Shown piece by piece: positions 18,531 to 28,458 of a stretch of DNA of 64,000 nucleotides. The notes beneath the pieces were generated by a model, which was not told the DNA's origin, did not search any database, and worked only from the letters and a program-made list of their open reading frames with translations. Source of the DNA: Euryarchaeota archaeon Ods01 (GTDB lineage Archaea > Halobacteriota > Halobacteria > Halobacteriales > Halorutilaceae); contig JAQZCZ010000001.1 of NCBI GenBank assembly GCA_028751095.1, positions 149 to 64,148 of the forward strand, written 5' to 3'. Both the position numbers and the translations under genes were made by a program. Each line of letters begins with the position of its first letter. Positions within the stretch are counted from its first letter, which is position 1.

Positions 18531-19466
18531 GTGAAGAGTGACGAAGGAGATACAGACACGTCAGACCTGCTCTACGGCGTCGTTGACTGGGAGCCGCGTT
18601 CTTACTACGACGTTTTCTGCGAGAGGCTCTACCGCGTTCTGGTCACCAACGTCAAGATTATCTTCGTCGCGGTTCTCGTCGTCGCTCTCCTCACCAACCT
18701 ATCGCTCGCTCTGATGGGACTTGTTCTCAATCCAATCGTCGGCGTCTTCGCCCTCGTCTCGGTCTTCCCCGCTGTAATGATAGCCTTCTACGTCTGGGAC
18801 TCCGACCCCACGAGCAAGAGACCGGCGTTCCTCCTGATACTGACATTCTCCCTCGGAACCGTCGCCACCTCGGTCGCCTACATCCTCAACACGGCGGCAC
18901 GTCCGCATTTCGTCGCCGCTCCCGTCCTCGGTACCGTTCTTTTCTTCTTCCTGTTCGTCGGACCCGTTGAGGAGACCTTGAAGCTCGCCGCTGTCTACGT
19001 CTATCCGATGGACACCGGCTACTTCAGCACCGCACTCGACGGAGCCGTTCTGGGTGCGTTCGCAGGCTTAGGCTTTGCGACGGCGGAGAACGCACTCTAC
19101 ATAGCGACCGAAGGACTACTCGGGGGCGGAGGTATAGGGACGTTGATTGGACGTGCAGGCGTCGCTCCCGCGCATGTCCTCTAGTCAGCGATAGCAGGCT
19201 ACTACCTCGGTCTGGCGTACACCAACCGAGAGTACGCAGGCGCTCTCGTTCTCAAAGGTCTCCTCACCGTCGCCGTCCTACACGGAGCCTACAACAGCTT
19301 TGTGACCTACGCGCCGCTCGCGGTCGGGGCGGAGCCGGAACGTCTGGCGGTCCAGACGGCGAACTTCGTCTTCCTCGCTGTCTTCTACGGGGGCGTCGGC
19401 TACATGCTCTACTCGCTGATAGAGAGATACCGGCGTGCCGAAAGAGAGATAGGGGTGAGACGATGA
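18531..19466 (+). pseudogene. second PrsW-family protease interrupted by an in-frame TAG at 19182-19184
   Basis: VAPAHVL*SAIAGYYLGLA versus paralog VAPLHVLWSAIAGYYLALA; the frame continues through LHGAYN to TGA at 19466; start uncertain. Confidence 0.85.
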
Positions 19467-19481
19467 GAAACGGGTGGGCGA

Positions 19482-20834
19482 ATGGCTGAAAGAGAGACAT
19501 GGGCGACGCGCGTGGGCTTCGTACTCGCGGCAGTCGGTAGTGCGGTCGGTCTCGGCAACATCTGGAGGTTCCCGTTTCAGGTAGGCGAAAACGGCGGCGC
19601 GGCGTTCCTCGTCGTCTACCTCGTCTTCGTCGGCGTCGTCGGTCTTTCCGTCCTCCTCGCCGAACTCGTCGTCGGACGGTCCGCCCGCCAAAGCCCCGTA
19701 GAGGCTTTCGCAGAGCTGGCTCAGGGGGTCTGGGAACATCTCGGCTGGCTCTTCGTAGCCACCGCATTCATCCTTCTGTCCTACTACACCGTCGTTGCAG
19801 GCTGGATTGCTAGGTACGCGGTCGAAGGCATGAGGAGTGGCTATCCGTCGTCGGTCGAGGCGGCGGACGCGCAGTTCGCCGCGGCGGCTACGGGGGTTGA
19901 CGCCGTCGTCTTCCATGGCATGTTCATGGCGGCGACGGTCGTGGTCGTCGGACTCGGACTGCGGTGCGGCGTTGAACTTGCCGCGAAGGTAACCTTACCG
20001 GTTCTCGTCGTCCTTCTCGTCGCACTCGCCGTCTACGTCAGCGACATGTCAGGAGCCGAGACGGCTTACTCCTACTACCTGTCGCCCGACTTTGGCGAGG
20101 TCGCCGCGAACTGGAAGGAGATACTTCCCGCCGCCGCAGGACAGGCTTTCTTCACTCTGTCGCTCGGTATGGGCGTAATGATTACCTACGCGTCGTACAT
20201 CGAGAAAGACGAGAAGATAGTCCGAGACGGCGCGGCGATAGTCGCACTCGACAGCTTCATCGCAGTTCTGGTAGGATTAATCGTCTTTCCCATCCTGTTC
20301 ACCGCGGGAATGCCGCCAGCCGAGCCAGGTCACGGAGCCGTCTTCGTCAGCCTCGCTTCGGCTTTCGGAAGCGTTCCGATGGGAGGCGGTCTCGGCACCG
20401 TCTTCTTCGCAACCGTCGTTCTCGCGGCTCTTCTCAGCACGGTAGGGCTGATGGAGGTCGTCGTCTCACATATCCTTGACTACGAAGGCGTAGAAAGAAC
20501 CGTCGCCGCAGGAGGTGTCGGACTGACGCTGTTCGTCGTCGGAATTCCGGCGGCATCAAGCCTCGTGGTGGTAGACTTCTACGACCTGTTCGTCAACCGC
20601 GTCCTCCTCGTCGTGGGCGCGTTGCTCCTCTCGGTATACGTCGGCTGGCGTCTGAGCAACGAAGCCGCCGGCGTGGTTTCGAGAGGCACAGGTGGGTTCG
20701 ACGGGTTCGGCAGGCTGTGGCTCTGGACGTTACGCGTCCCTGTCATTCTCGTTCTCGTCGTCGTTCTCGGCTTCGGTGTCGCCGACTACGTCGGACTCGT
20801 TCAGGATATAGCCGAAACCTTCGTTAGCCCGTGA
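19482..20834 (+). CDS. sodium-dependent transporter (NSS/SNF family)
   Basis: GSAVGLGNIWRFP, GQAFFTLSLGMG. Confidence 0.95.
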   Translation: MAERETWATRVGFVLAAVGSAVGLGNIWRFPFQVGENGGAAFLVVYLVFVGVVGLSVLLAELVVGRSARQSPVEAFAELAQGVWEHLGWLFVATAFILLSYYTVVAGWIARYAVEGMRSGYPSSVEAADAQFAAAATGVDAVVFHGMFMAATVVVVGLGLRCGVELAAKVTLPVLVVLLVALAVYVSDMSGAETAYSYYLSPDFGEVAANWKEILPAAAGQAFFTLSLGMGVMITYASYIEKDEKIVRDGAAIVALDSFIAVLVGLIVFPILFTAGMPPAEPGHGAVFVSLASAFGSVPMGGGLGTVFFATVVLAALLSTVGLMEVVVSHILDYEGVERTVAAGGVGLTLFVVGIPAASSLVVVDFYDLFVNRVLLVVGALLLSVYVGWRLSNEAAGVVSRGTGGFDGFGRLWLWTLRVPVILVLVVVLGFGVADYVGLVQDIAETFVSP

Positions 20835-21750
20835 GTTCGAAGCCGCTGAGGTCCCGGCTTCCGTCGGAGTGTTCGCGGAGGTAGTATACGACGCCAGGCT
20901 GGTGCGCCGCGCCGACGACGAGACGGACGCGAGGGCTGTCAGCGTGGAAGACGGCGTAGTCGGCGATACGCTCGTTCCTCGCATGGGTAAATAACTCTAG
21001 TTCAGGGTCATACCGTCTGAGCCATTCGCGTTCGACGGGCTGAGGAAGGAAACGGCGTTTGTAGTACCTCTGTAACGCGCCAAGACGCCGAGGGTTTCTC
21101 GCCGCCTCGCGTGACCGTCGGTACGCCTCAAAGTCGTCGCCCTTGGCGATATGCTCGGGACGGGTTAGGAAGTCGGTGGCTACGTCGCCGAGTGCGTCTG
21201 CGAACCGTTCGCCGTAGACGCGTTTTCCGGAGTCGATAAGCGAGAATAGGGTGCTACGGAAGACGGAGGCAAGGGTCTCGAAGTTCTCCGAGATATCGTC
21301 AGGCTTCGCGTCTTCGATACACGTATCGATGTTCCGTTGCCTACATATCTCCATAGACCACCGGTAGTCGTCAATCTCACGCACGGCGTCGATGTCGGCG
21401 AAGTACATCGGACGTATCCCCTGCTCGGTGTAGACGGTCTCATCCGCCTCGACGAAACGGTTGACGTGTCCGCGGAGAAAAGAGCGTTCGGAGTCAGTTC
21501 CCGCGTGAGTCACCCCGTGGACGACGAACTCAGTTCCGTCAGCCTCAACGGAGTCGCCCGGGAGACAGTCGCCGTCCTCGGGCGGAGGAACTTCCTTGCC
21601 ACGGAGAACGTACCAGTCACTCTTGGCGTCGAAGTAGGCTTCGTCCGCCGTGGTAGCGTCGGTCAGTTCGGCAAGTTCGGCAAGCGACCGGACCGACCGG
21701 AGGGAGGCGAGACGTTCACGTTCGTCAGGCGTGAGTCCGCCATCGGTCAT
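20824..21750 (-). CDS. hypothetical protein with TraB/Tiki-like metal-binding motifs
   Basis: VHGVTH, VYTEQG, ARNERIA, LVVGAAHQPGV. Confidence 0.65.
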   Translation of the reverse strand: MTDGGLTPDERERLASLRSVRSLAELAELTDATTADEAYFDAKSDWYVLRGKEVPPPEDGDCLPGDSVEADGTEFVVHGVTHAGTDSERSFLRGHVNRFVEADETVYTEQGIRPMYFADIDAVREIDDYRWSMEICRQRNIDTCIEDAKPDDISENFETLASVFRSTLFSLIDSGKRVYGERFADALGDVATDFLTRPEHIAKGDDFEAYRRSREAARNPRRLGALQRYYKRRFLPQPVEREWLRRYDPELELFTHARNERIADYAVFHADSPRVRLVVGAAHQPGVVYYLREHSDGSRDLSGFELTG

Positions 21751-21825
21751 CGTCGGACGTACGTCTCGGAACGTAGTAAGACCTACGCACCCCAAGCTTT
21801 TGTCCGTCGACGCCGTCGAAACCCC

Positions 21826-22464
21826 GTGGACGACGAAACCCTCTCGAAGGAGGAAGCCGCCTCCGTCTACGACATGCTCGCGCCGGTCTACGGCGTCTGG
21901 AACAGGCTGTTTGAGTCGCGCGCCGCCGACAGGGCTTTCGGGATGACCGACGCCCGCGGCGACGTTCTGGAGGTCGGCGTCGGCACCGGCGTCTTCTTCA
22001 AACGTCTCGCCGAGGCGGAAAACAGCGGTACAGTCGTCGGCGTCGACCTGTCACGGCGTATGGCTGAGCGGACCGCGGCGCGTGTCACGGGTAGCGACGG
22101 CGCATCTGTCGTCCGCGCCGACGGCTTCGCCCTGCCCTTCGACGACGGCTCTTTCGACGCCGTCTTCTGCCAGTACGTCCTTGACCTCCTCCCGCCGGAC
22201 GGCTTCGGCGACTTCCTAGGCGAACTCCGCCGCGTCCTACGTCCCGACGGAGAGCTATCGACGGTAACGGTCTCCCCCTCGGAAGCGCCGGCGAACAGGC
22301 TTCTTTCTTGGCTCCACGGCATCTCACCGAAGCTTGTGGGCGGATGCCGTCCGGTCCCCGTAGAAGGTATTCTCGGAGACAACGGATTCGAGGTCCGTGA
22401 GAAGGAACGCGTGAGACAGTCGGGTATGGCTTCGGAAGTCGCCGTCTCGACGTCTCGACGGTAG
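21826..22464 (+). CDS. class I SAM-dependent methyltransferase
   Basis: VLEVGVGTG, GVDLS, LPFDDGSFD, RVLRPDG; start set at GTG 21826. Confidence 0.88.
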   Translation: MDDETLSKEEAASVYDMLAPVYGVWNRLFESRAADRAFGMTDARGDVLEVGVGTGVFFKRLAEAENSGTVVGVDLSRRMAERTAARVTGSDGASVVRADGFALPFDDGSFDAVFCQYVLDLLPPDGFGDFLGELRRVLRPDGELSTVTVSPSEAPANRLLSWLHGISPKLVGGCRPVPVEGILGDNGFEVREKERVRQSGMASEVAVSTSRR

Positions 22465-23421
22465 CTACGTCAGGGCGACGAGTTCGTCTATATCGGGAAT
22501 ATCGCGTTCGTCGTCGAGTATCTGCTCCATACGCTCTTGGTGTTTCTCGGCGGTGTACCTCGCGGCGTCCCCAGGACCGACGGGGAAGGCGTTTGGGTTT
22601 TCGAGTCCCTCGTAGGCGTAGTTGACAATTTCGAGGGTGAGGGGCAGGAGTTCCTCGATAGTCTCCGTCACGAACTCCTCGTCAACGTCGCCGTTCTCGA
22701 CGTGCTGTTTGACCTCGTTCATGCCGAAGCCGACATGTCGTCCCTCGTCACTCCGTATCCCCTCGATACCTTCGACCAGCCCTGGAAGCTCAGGTATCTC
22801 GACGGTCGAGCCATTGAGTTGGACCTCCTCGCCCGCGTGGTCGCGGAAGTTCTTCGTAATCCCCCAGTAGCCCGTCTGCGCGATAATCCCCTCGGCGGTG
22901 AGCTGGTAGGTGCAGTAGGCGCGTACGCGGTTCTCAGGGGTGTCGTTTTCGAGGAGCGCCGCAGTCGCCTCGTGTTCGCGGTCGAAAAGTTCCTCGTACT
23001 CGTCACAGAACCAGCGGTCGTCGTTAGGCGTCGTAACCTCGCGTCCGTGCGCTTCCTCGGCGGCGTTGATGACCTCGCTCCAGTAACGGTCGAACAGAGC
23101 CGCGTGTTTCGCCTCCTCGTACATATGTGACGAGATGAACATCTGTTTCTCGACGCTGTCGAAAGCGATGGCGAACGGAGCTATGTCCTCGGTGACCGAC
23201 GCCTCTCCCGCGCCGAACATGCCGAGAAGCTTCTTCATCACGTTAGACATCCGGTCGATAGCCTCGTCGTCTACCCCCTCGTACGCCTCGATGAGGTTCT
23301 CTCGGTCCTGTTCGAAGCTTATCTCGTTCTGGTTCCAGAAACGGTCGACCGAGTTTTGGAAGTAACGGAACGGACGGTTCTCCTCGAAGCCTAACAGACC
23401 TTGTCGGTATCCGTCGGACAT
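22465..23421 (-). CDS. R2-like ligand-binding oxidase (R2lox) / ribonucleotide reductase beta-like dimetal protein
   Basis: GEASVTEDIAP, EEAKH, AEGIIAQTGY, LPGLVEG, DEGRHVGFG. Confidence 0.85.
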   Translation of the reverse strand: MSDGYRQGLLGFEENRPFRYFQNSVDRFWNQNEISFEQDRENLIEAYEGVDDEAIDRMSNVMKKLLGMFGAGEASVTEDIAPFAIAFDSVEKQMFISSHMYEEAKHAALFDRYWSEVINAAEEAHGREVTTPNDDRWFCDEYEELFDREHEATAALLENDTPENRVRAYCTYQLTAEGIIAQTGYWGITKNFRDHAGEEVQLNGSTVEIPELPGLVEGIEGIRSDEGRHVGFGMNEVKQHVENGDVDEEFVTETIEELLPLTLEIVNYAYEGLENPNAFPVGPGDAARYTAEKHQERMEQILDDERDIPDIDELVALT

Positions 23422-23482
23422 GCCTCAGAATAAGACCGTGTCCGCAAAGCCTATACTCCGAATATGTACGGTTACTTAATTG

Positions 23483-24994
23483 TCAGTAGACGGCGTCGAC
23501 GATTTCGTCGCCGAGGTCGTCGAATCCGGCGAGGTACTCGTTCCGCTCGTGGCGGAGCCTGTTCATCTTTTCCTCGTGGTCTTCGACGTTATCAGCGACA
23601 CGGAGTCGTTCGAGGTCGACACCCTCAACCTCCGTCGGAACGGTCATACCGGCTTCGGAGTCTTGCCATTCGACGTTTCCGCGGGCTATCTCGCGCAGGA
23701 CAGCGACGCTGTCCTCGACGCGTATATCGACGGGGTCGTCGTCACCGACACATCCGGTGTTAATTACGAAACAGTCCACGTCGAGGTCCGAGACGAGTTC
23801 ACGGAAACGGTTCCCCTCCTCCCCCTCGGAGCCTACGATGAACGGGTTGGTGCCGACGACACGGACCGACTCGCCCGCGCTCTCGGGGTCTCCTGCGCTC
23901 GTCTCTATCGACTCGCCGAGCATGAACGCCGCGGCGGCTTTCTCGGGTTCGAGACGCGCGACAGGAGGCATGATAGGGTTACGCGTGATGAAGAAGACCT
24001 GGTCAACGTTTTCGAGGTCTATCCCGTTCGCGGCGGAGTCAAGCTGTTCACGCAGGACGGCGGCGCGTCCGTTCGACGTATACCTGTCGCTGTCGAAGTC
24101 GACCGTGCCGTCTTCGTCTACGTCGACGTTTTCGAGTACCGCCGACTCGTGGGTCACCGCCCCGTAGGTCTCGGGCTGTTCCTCCTCTTCGAGACCTATC
24201 GTCTTGAGGTAGAGTCCACGCCCTTCGCTTCCGACGACGGTTCCGTCGGGAAGGAGTCCGCAGACATCGTCCTGTAGCATGACGGCGTCTTCGGGCGGTT
24301 CGAGACCGAGTCCGTGGGTCGTGAGAGTCGACTTGCCTGTCGCCGACAGACCGAGGAACAGCTGTCCGACTTCGCGCGTGCCGTCGTCGCCTTCGAGCGT
24401 GATACGTTTGCTTCCGGCGTGGAGTCCGAGTCCGCCCGCCTGCTTGACGTGGTACATGAACAGACGGAGGAACGACTTCTTCGCCTCGCCCGAGTAGTCA
24501 GAGCCGAGGACGACGGTGAAGCCATCGTCAGGTAGGACACGTATAGCGGTTTCGTCGTACTCAGGAAGCTGGACGGTCAGGAAGTCAGGTTCGGCGTCCT
24601 CGGGCGCGGGGTCGAGTAGCTTGGTCAGCGTCAGCGCGATACGTCCGTACTCGCGCGGGACGTAATAGCGGCAGACGTAGCTGTGTTCGGGATGTTCGCC
24701 CACCCGCCGGTCGATACAGACCATTTCTTCGTCGCTCGCCGCGTCGAGTGCATCGTCGAAGTAGGCGTAGTCAGACGCACCGAAGTCGTCGTCGACGGCG
24801 TTCTTCGTCCTGTCCGCACACCGCGACCTGTACTCGCTGACGTAAGAGGGGGAGCCGAACTCGGTCGTCGTTTCGAGCTGACGCGAAAACTCACGCAGAC
24901 GTTCCTCGGAGGGATTATAGACGACGTTCTCAGCTTCCTCGGGGTCCGGCAGGTCGGCGGAATCCGGCGGGACGGCGCTCTCGGTTTCTGACAT
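23483..24994 (-). CDS. pckA: phosphoenolpyruvate carboxykinase (ATP)
   Basis: YSGEAKKS, GLHAGS, GLSATGKSTLT, LQDD, SNGR. Confidence 0.92.
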   Translation of the reverse strand: MSETESAVPPDSADLPDPEEAENVVYNPSEERLREFSRQLETTTEFGSPSYVSEYRSRCADRTKNAVDDDFGASDYAYFDDALDAASDEEMVCIDRRVGEHPEHSYVCRYYVPREYGRIALTLTKLLDPAPEDAEPDFLTVQLPEYDETAIRVLPDDGFTVVLGSDYSGEAKKSFLRLFMYHVKQAGGLGLHAGSKRITLEGDDGTREVGQLFLGLSATGKSTLTTHGLGLEPPEDAVMLQDDVCGLLPDGTVVGSEGRGLYLKTIGLEEEEQPETYGAVTHESAVLENVDVDEDGTVDFDSDRYTSNGRAAVLREQLDSAANGIDLENVDQVFFITRNPIMPPVARLEPEKAAAAFMLGESIETSAGDPESAGESVRVVGTNPFIVGSEGEEGNRFRELVSDLDVDCFVINTGCVGDDDPVDIRVEDSVAVLREIARGNVEWQDSEAGMTVPTEVEGVDLERLRVADNVEDHEEKMNRLRHERNEYLAGFDDLGDEIVDAVY

Positions 24995-25179
24995 CTCAAC
25001 CGTACATCAGCACGGACATGCATAAATCTGTACCGTCTCAGCTAGGGAGGTGGTATGGTACCACGTAACACGGTAGCTGGCAAAAATAGAAGCTGTTTCC
25101 CGCTTCCCTTTCGACATTCGTCTAACCGGATACCGTCCACGAACCTCAAGCTTAATTTATCCCACCGAATACCGCGACC

Positions 25180-26406
25180 ATGGCAGAGAAAAAATACGAT
25201 GTCGCGGTTGCGGGCGCGGGACCGGCGGGAGCACAGTGCGCACGCGACGTTGCGGCGCGTGGATACGACGTCGTCGTCCTTGAGACGGAGGAGGAAGACG
25301 GCTTCCCGCAGACCAGCAACAAGTCAACCGGCGGGACGTTTCCGTCGATGATGGCGTCGTTCGGGGTACCTGACGACGTGGTCCAGAACTTCACGGACAG
25401 CGTCGTAATAGAGTCGCCGAACTCACATTACGTGCAGGAGCATCCGGGCGCTGTCCTCGACTTCGCGGAGTTCAAACGTTTCCTCGTCGAAGACGGGCGC
25501 GACGAAGGCGCGGAGTACCTTTTCGACGCCCGTGTCTCCGAACCCGTCGTCAAGGACGGACGAGCGGTCGGGGTCCGTTACAACGGCGACGAGGAGGTAC
25601 GTGCCGACGTTGTCGTCGACGCGACGGGACCGAGCGCGGCGCTTGCCGAACCTATGGGCGTCGTCGACCTGCGCCGCGACAGACAGGCGATAGGCGTCGA
25701 GTACGAACTTGAAGATGTGTCGCTAGATGCCGACGGCTATGCCGACCTCCGTGGCGCGATGATGCTACGTCTCGACCACGACATCGCTCCCGGAGGCTAC
25801 TCTTGGATATTTCACACGGGCGAGGACACGGCAAAGGTCGGCGTCTGTTACATACAGAACGAGGTTCACGAAAGACGCGCCGACGGCGAGACGGTTGACG
25901 GCTACCTCGAACGCTGGCTCGACTCCGACCCGCGTTTCGAGGATGCGACACGTATAGAGGGCAGACAGCACCGCGGTTCGGCGCACGTACAGCCGCCCGA
26001 GTCTATGAGCGCCGCCGGACTCATGGCGGTGGGCGACACGGTGCCGTCTGTCGACCCCGTCTGGGGCGAAGGTATCGACAAATGTATGAGGTCGGGACGC
26101 GTTGCGGCGGTCGCCGCCGACGCATGCCTCACCGAAGGCGACTTTTCGGCGGACGCGACAGCTCGTTACGACGACCTCTGGCACGAACGCGTTGCGCCCA
26201 ACGTCGACTCGCGCCTCCTCCTTGCGCGTCTGCTATACGAGGTGTCCAACGACAGATACGACCGGTTTATGCGGGACCTGAATGCCGCCGACGACGAGAC
26301 GCTGAAGCGCGCAAACGAGGGCGACAAGCGCGCAATGATGAAGCTCCTACATCTCCGTGACGTTCCCGCTCTCGTGCGCGTGGGCAAGGAACGTCTCGTC
26401 GGCTAA
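25180..26406 (+). CDS. digeranylgeranylglycerophospholipid reductase (GGR family)
   Basis: GAGPAG, APGGYSWIFH, AVGD, DPVWGEGI. Confidence 0.9.
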   Translation: MAEKKYDVAVAGAGPAGAQCARDVAARGYDVVVLETEEEDGFPQTSNKSTGGTFPSMMASFGVPDDVVQNFTDSVVIESPNSHYVQEHPGAVLDFAEFKRFLVEDGRDEGAEYLFDARVSEPVVKDGRAVGVRYNGDEEVRADVVVDATGPSAALAEPMGVVDLRRDRQAIGVEYELEDVSLDADGYADLRGAMMLRLDHDIAPGGYSWIFHTGEDTAKVGVCYIQNEVHERRADGETVDGYLERWLDSDPRFEDATRIEGRQHRGSAHVQPPESMSAAGLMAVGDTVPSVDPVWGEGIDKCMRSGRVAAVAADACLTEGDFSADATARYDDLWHERVAPNVDSRLLLARLLYEVSNDRYDRFMRDLNAADDETLKRANEGDKRAMMKLLHLRDVPALVRVGKERLVG

Positions 26407-26468
26407 CCCGTGCGGTATGCTAACGACGGTTCCGGACCACTTTACCGTCTGCGGCACGTACGTTAACT

Positions 26469-26765
26469 ATGAGTGAAGAAACAGGGCGCAAGAACCTCCG
26501 TATGCCCAACGACGACGAGCTGTTCGCAATCGTAACCCGCCACGACGGCGGTAACCACGTCCGTGTCGAATGCGAGGACGGGGAGAACCGCATGGGACGT
26601 ATCCCCGGACGTATGAAGTACAGGAACTGGATAGAGGAAGGTAACGTCGTCCTCGTAGAACCGTGGGAGTGGCAGGACGAGAAGGCTAACATAGAGTGGT
26701 GTTACTCCGAGGAAGACGCCGACCAGCTACGGCGTGAAGGACATATAGACGCCGCGTCGTTCTAG
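26469..26765 (+). CDS. eif1A: translation initiation factor aIF-1A
   Basis: [32 protein letters not shown]. Confidence 0.95.
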   Translation: MSEETGRKNLRMPNDDELFAIVTRHDGGNHVRVECEDGENRMGRIPGRMKYRNWIEEGNVVLVEPWEWQDEKANIEWCYSEEDADQLRREGHIDAASF

Positions 26766-26804
26766 CGGGACAAGACTTTCGTACCATGCGGTTGAAGAAG
26801 GCGC

Positions 26805-27251
26805 ATGGTGTCTTTCGACGAATTTACCGGCGAAGTACAGCACCGAATAGAAGCGGCTGAGCGCGGCGAGGCGGTCCGAACGACGCGCGCCGTCCTCGAA
26901 ACCCTCGGTGAACGCGTCGAGGAAGGGATGGCGACCGACATAGCGAGTCCGCTCCCTATGGAAATAGACCGTTATCTTCTGCAGGTCGAGAACGGCGGAG
27001 CCTTCGGCTATCAGGAGTTCGTCGACCGCGTCGTTGAGAGGCTCGCGTACGAAGACCTTGAACTCGAAACGGGATTCGGAAAGCCCGCGCCTGTCGAGAG
27101 AAACGACGCCGTCTTCCGCGTGCGTGCGGTCGTCGCCCTTCTGGACGAACTCGTGGCAGGCGGTGAGATAGCCAACCTCGAAACCCAGCTTCCCGACGAG
27201 TACGACGAAGTTTTCGAACTCGTGGATGTCGAACAGGCTCCGTGGGACTAG
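26805..27251 (+). CDS. DUF2267 family protein
   Basis: FTGEVQHR, TRAVLETLGER, SPLPMEI, QLPDEYDEVF. Confidence 0.85.
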   Translation: MVSFDEFTGEVQHRIEAAERGEAVRTTRAVLETLGERVEEGMATDIASPLPMEIDRYLLQVENGGAFGYQEFVDRVVERLAYEDLELETGFGKPAPVERNDAVFRVRAVVALLDELVAGGEIANLETQLPDEYDEVFELVDVEQAPWD

Positions 27252-27270
27252 TTCGGAGGTTCGTGGAGGT

Positions 27271-28359
27271 TCAGAAACCGCGGAGGTACTGAGAAGGAAC
27301 AGGTAGGTCGTCGATGCCTAGCTCACGTCCGGCGTCAAGGGCGAAGTAGGGGTTACGGAGATGCTCGCGTCCGACCATCACGAGGTCGGCACGGTTGTTA
27401 CGGACGATACCGTCCGCCTGATTAGACTCGACGACACAGCCGACGGCGCTCGTCAAGACTTCTGTCTCGGTTCGGTTTCTAACGCGTTCGGCAAGCGGCA
27501 CCTGATAGTTCGCGCCCGTGTGAGGGATACTCTGGTCAGGATGTAGTCCGCCCGAACTCACGTCGATAAGGTCGGCTCCGTCGTCGTGTAAGAGGTCAGC
27601 GAGGCGCACGGTGTCGTCAACCGTCCATGAGTCACGGTCAGGGAGCCAGTCGGTCGCCGAAACGCGGACGAAGACCGGCTTATCGTCGTCCCATACGTCG
27701 CGTACCTCGCGGACAACCTCACGGACGAGACGGACGCGGTTCCTGAAGCACCCTCCGTACTCGTCGTCGCGTCCGTTCGTGACAGGCGACAGGAACTCGT
27801 GCAGTAGGTATCCGTGGGCGGCATGGACCTCAGCAACCTCGAAGCCGATGTCAAGGGCGCGTTCAGCCGCAGACGCGAAATCATCCTTCACCTTCTCAAT
27901 ATCGTCGGAGTCCATTCTACGCACCGGCGGCGCTTCGCCGTCGTACGGATACGGAACGTCGCTCGGGGCTAACGTCTCCCATCCCCCTTCGTCAAGGGAA
28001 AGCGGGTCGCGCCCCTCCCACGGACGGCTTGTCGAAGCCTTTCTTCCGGCGTGTGCCAGCTGTACCGCTGGAACAGCCCCCTGACGGCTCACGAAGTCGG
28101 CGACTCCTCTAAGGGCGTCAGCGTGGTCTGCGCTCCAGAGACCAAGGTCATTCGGAGAGATACGTCCCTCGGGTGACACGGCGGTGGCTTCGGAGACGAC
28201 GGTTCCTGCCCCACCAACGGCGCGGGAGCCGAGATGTACGAGATGCCAGTCTTTCGCAAGACCGTCTCGGTCGCAGGAGTACTGACACATCGGTGAGACG
28301 GCGATACGGTTACGCGCCTCGACGCCGCGTATACGGAGCGGTGTGAAAAGGTCGGTCAT
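27271..28359 (-). CDS. NADH:flavin oxidoreductase (Old Yellow Enzyme, YqjM-like)
   Basis: SPMCQYS, QLAHAGRK, HAAHGYLLHEFLSP. Confidence 0.93.
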   Translation of the reverse strand: MTDLFTPLRIRGVEARNRIAVSPMCQYSCDRDGLAKDWHLVHLGSRAVGGAGTVVSEATAVSPEGRISPNDLGLWSADHADALRGVADFVSRQGAVPAVQLAHAGRKASTSRPWEGRDPLSLDEGGWETLAPSDVPYPYDGEAPPVRRMDSDDIEKVKDDFASAAERALDIGFEVAEVHAAHGYLLHEFLSPVTNGRDDEYGGCFRNRVRLVREVVREVRDVWDDDKPVFVRVSATDWLPDRDSWTVDDTVRLADLLHDDGADLIDVSSGGLHPDQSIPHTGANYQVPLAERVRNRTETEVLTSAVGCVVESNQADGIVRNNRADLVMVGREHLRNPYFALDAGRELGIDDLPVPSQYLRGF

Positions 28360-28458
28360 GTCCTGAAGTCGTCTTGGAAACGGATAAACACGGCTTTCCA
28401 AAAAAGACCGTATACCTGCCGAGTATCGATTCCGATACGTTACGGAGAAACAGACTGC

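Noticed and set aside
19182-19184. Pyrrolysine or amber recoding of the in-frame TAG
   Set aside because: TAG terminates many genes here, the position is Trp (TGG) in the paralogue, and no pyl genes are visible
26697-26705. Reassignment of TGY codons to explain unexpected cysteines
   Set aside because: The expected residues differ between sites, and catalytic Cys residues (LeuC, IlvD, TusA) use the same codons
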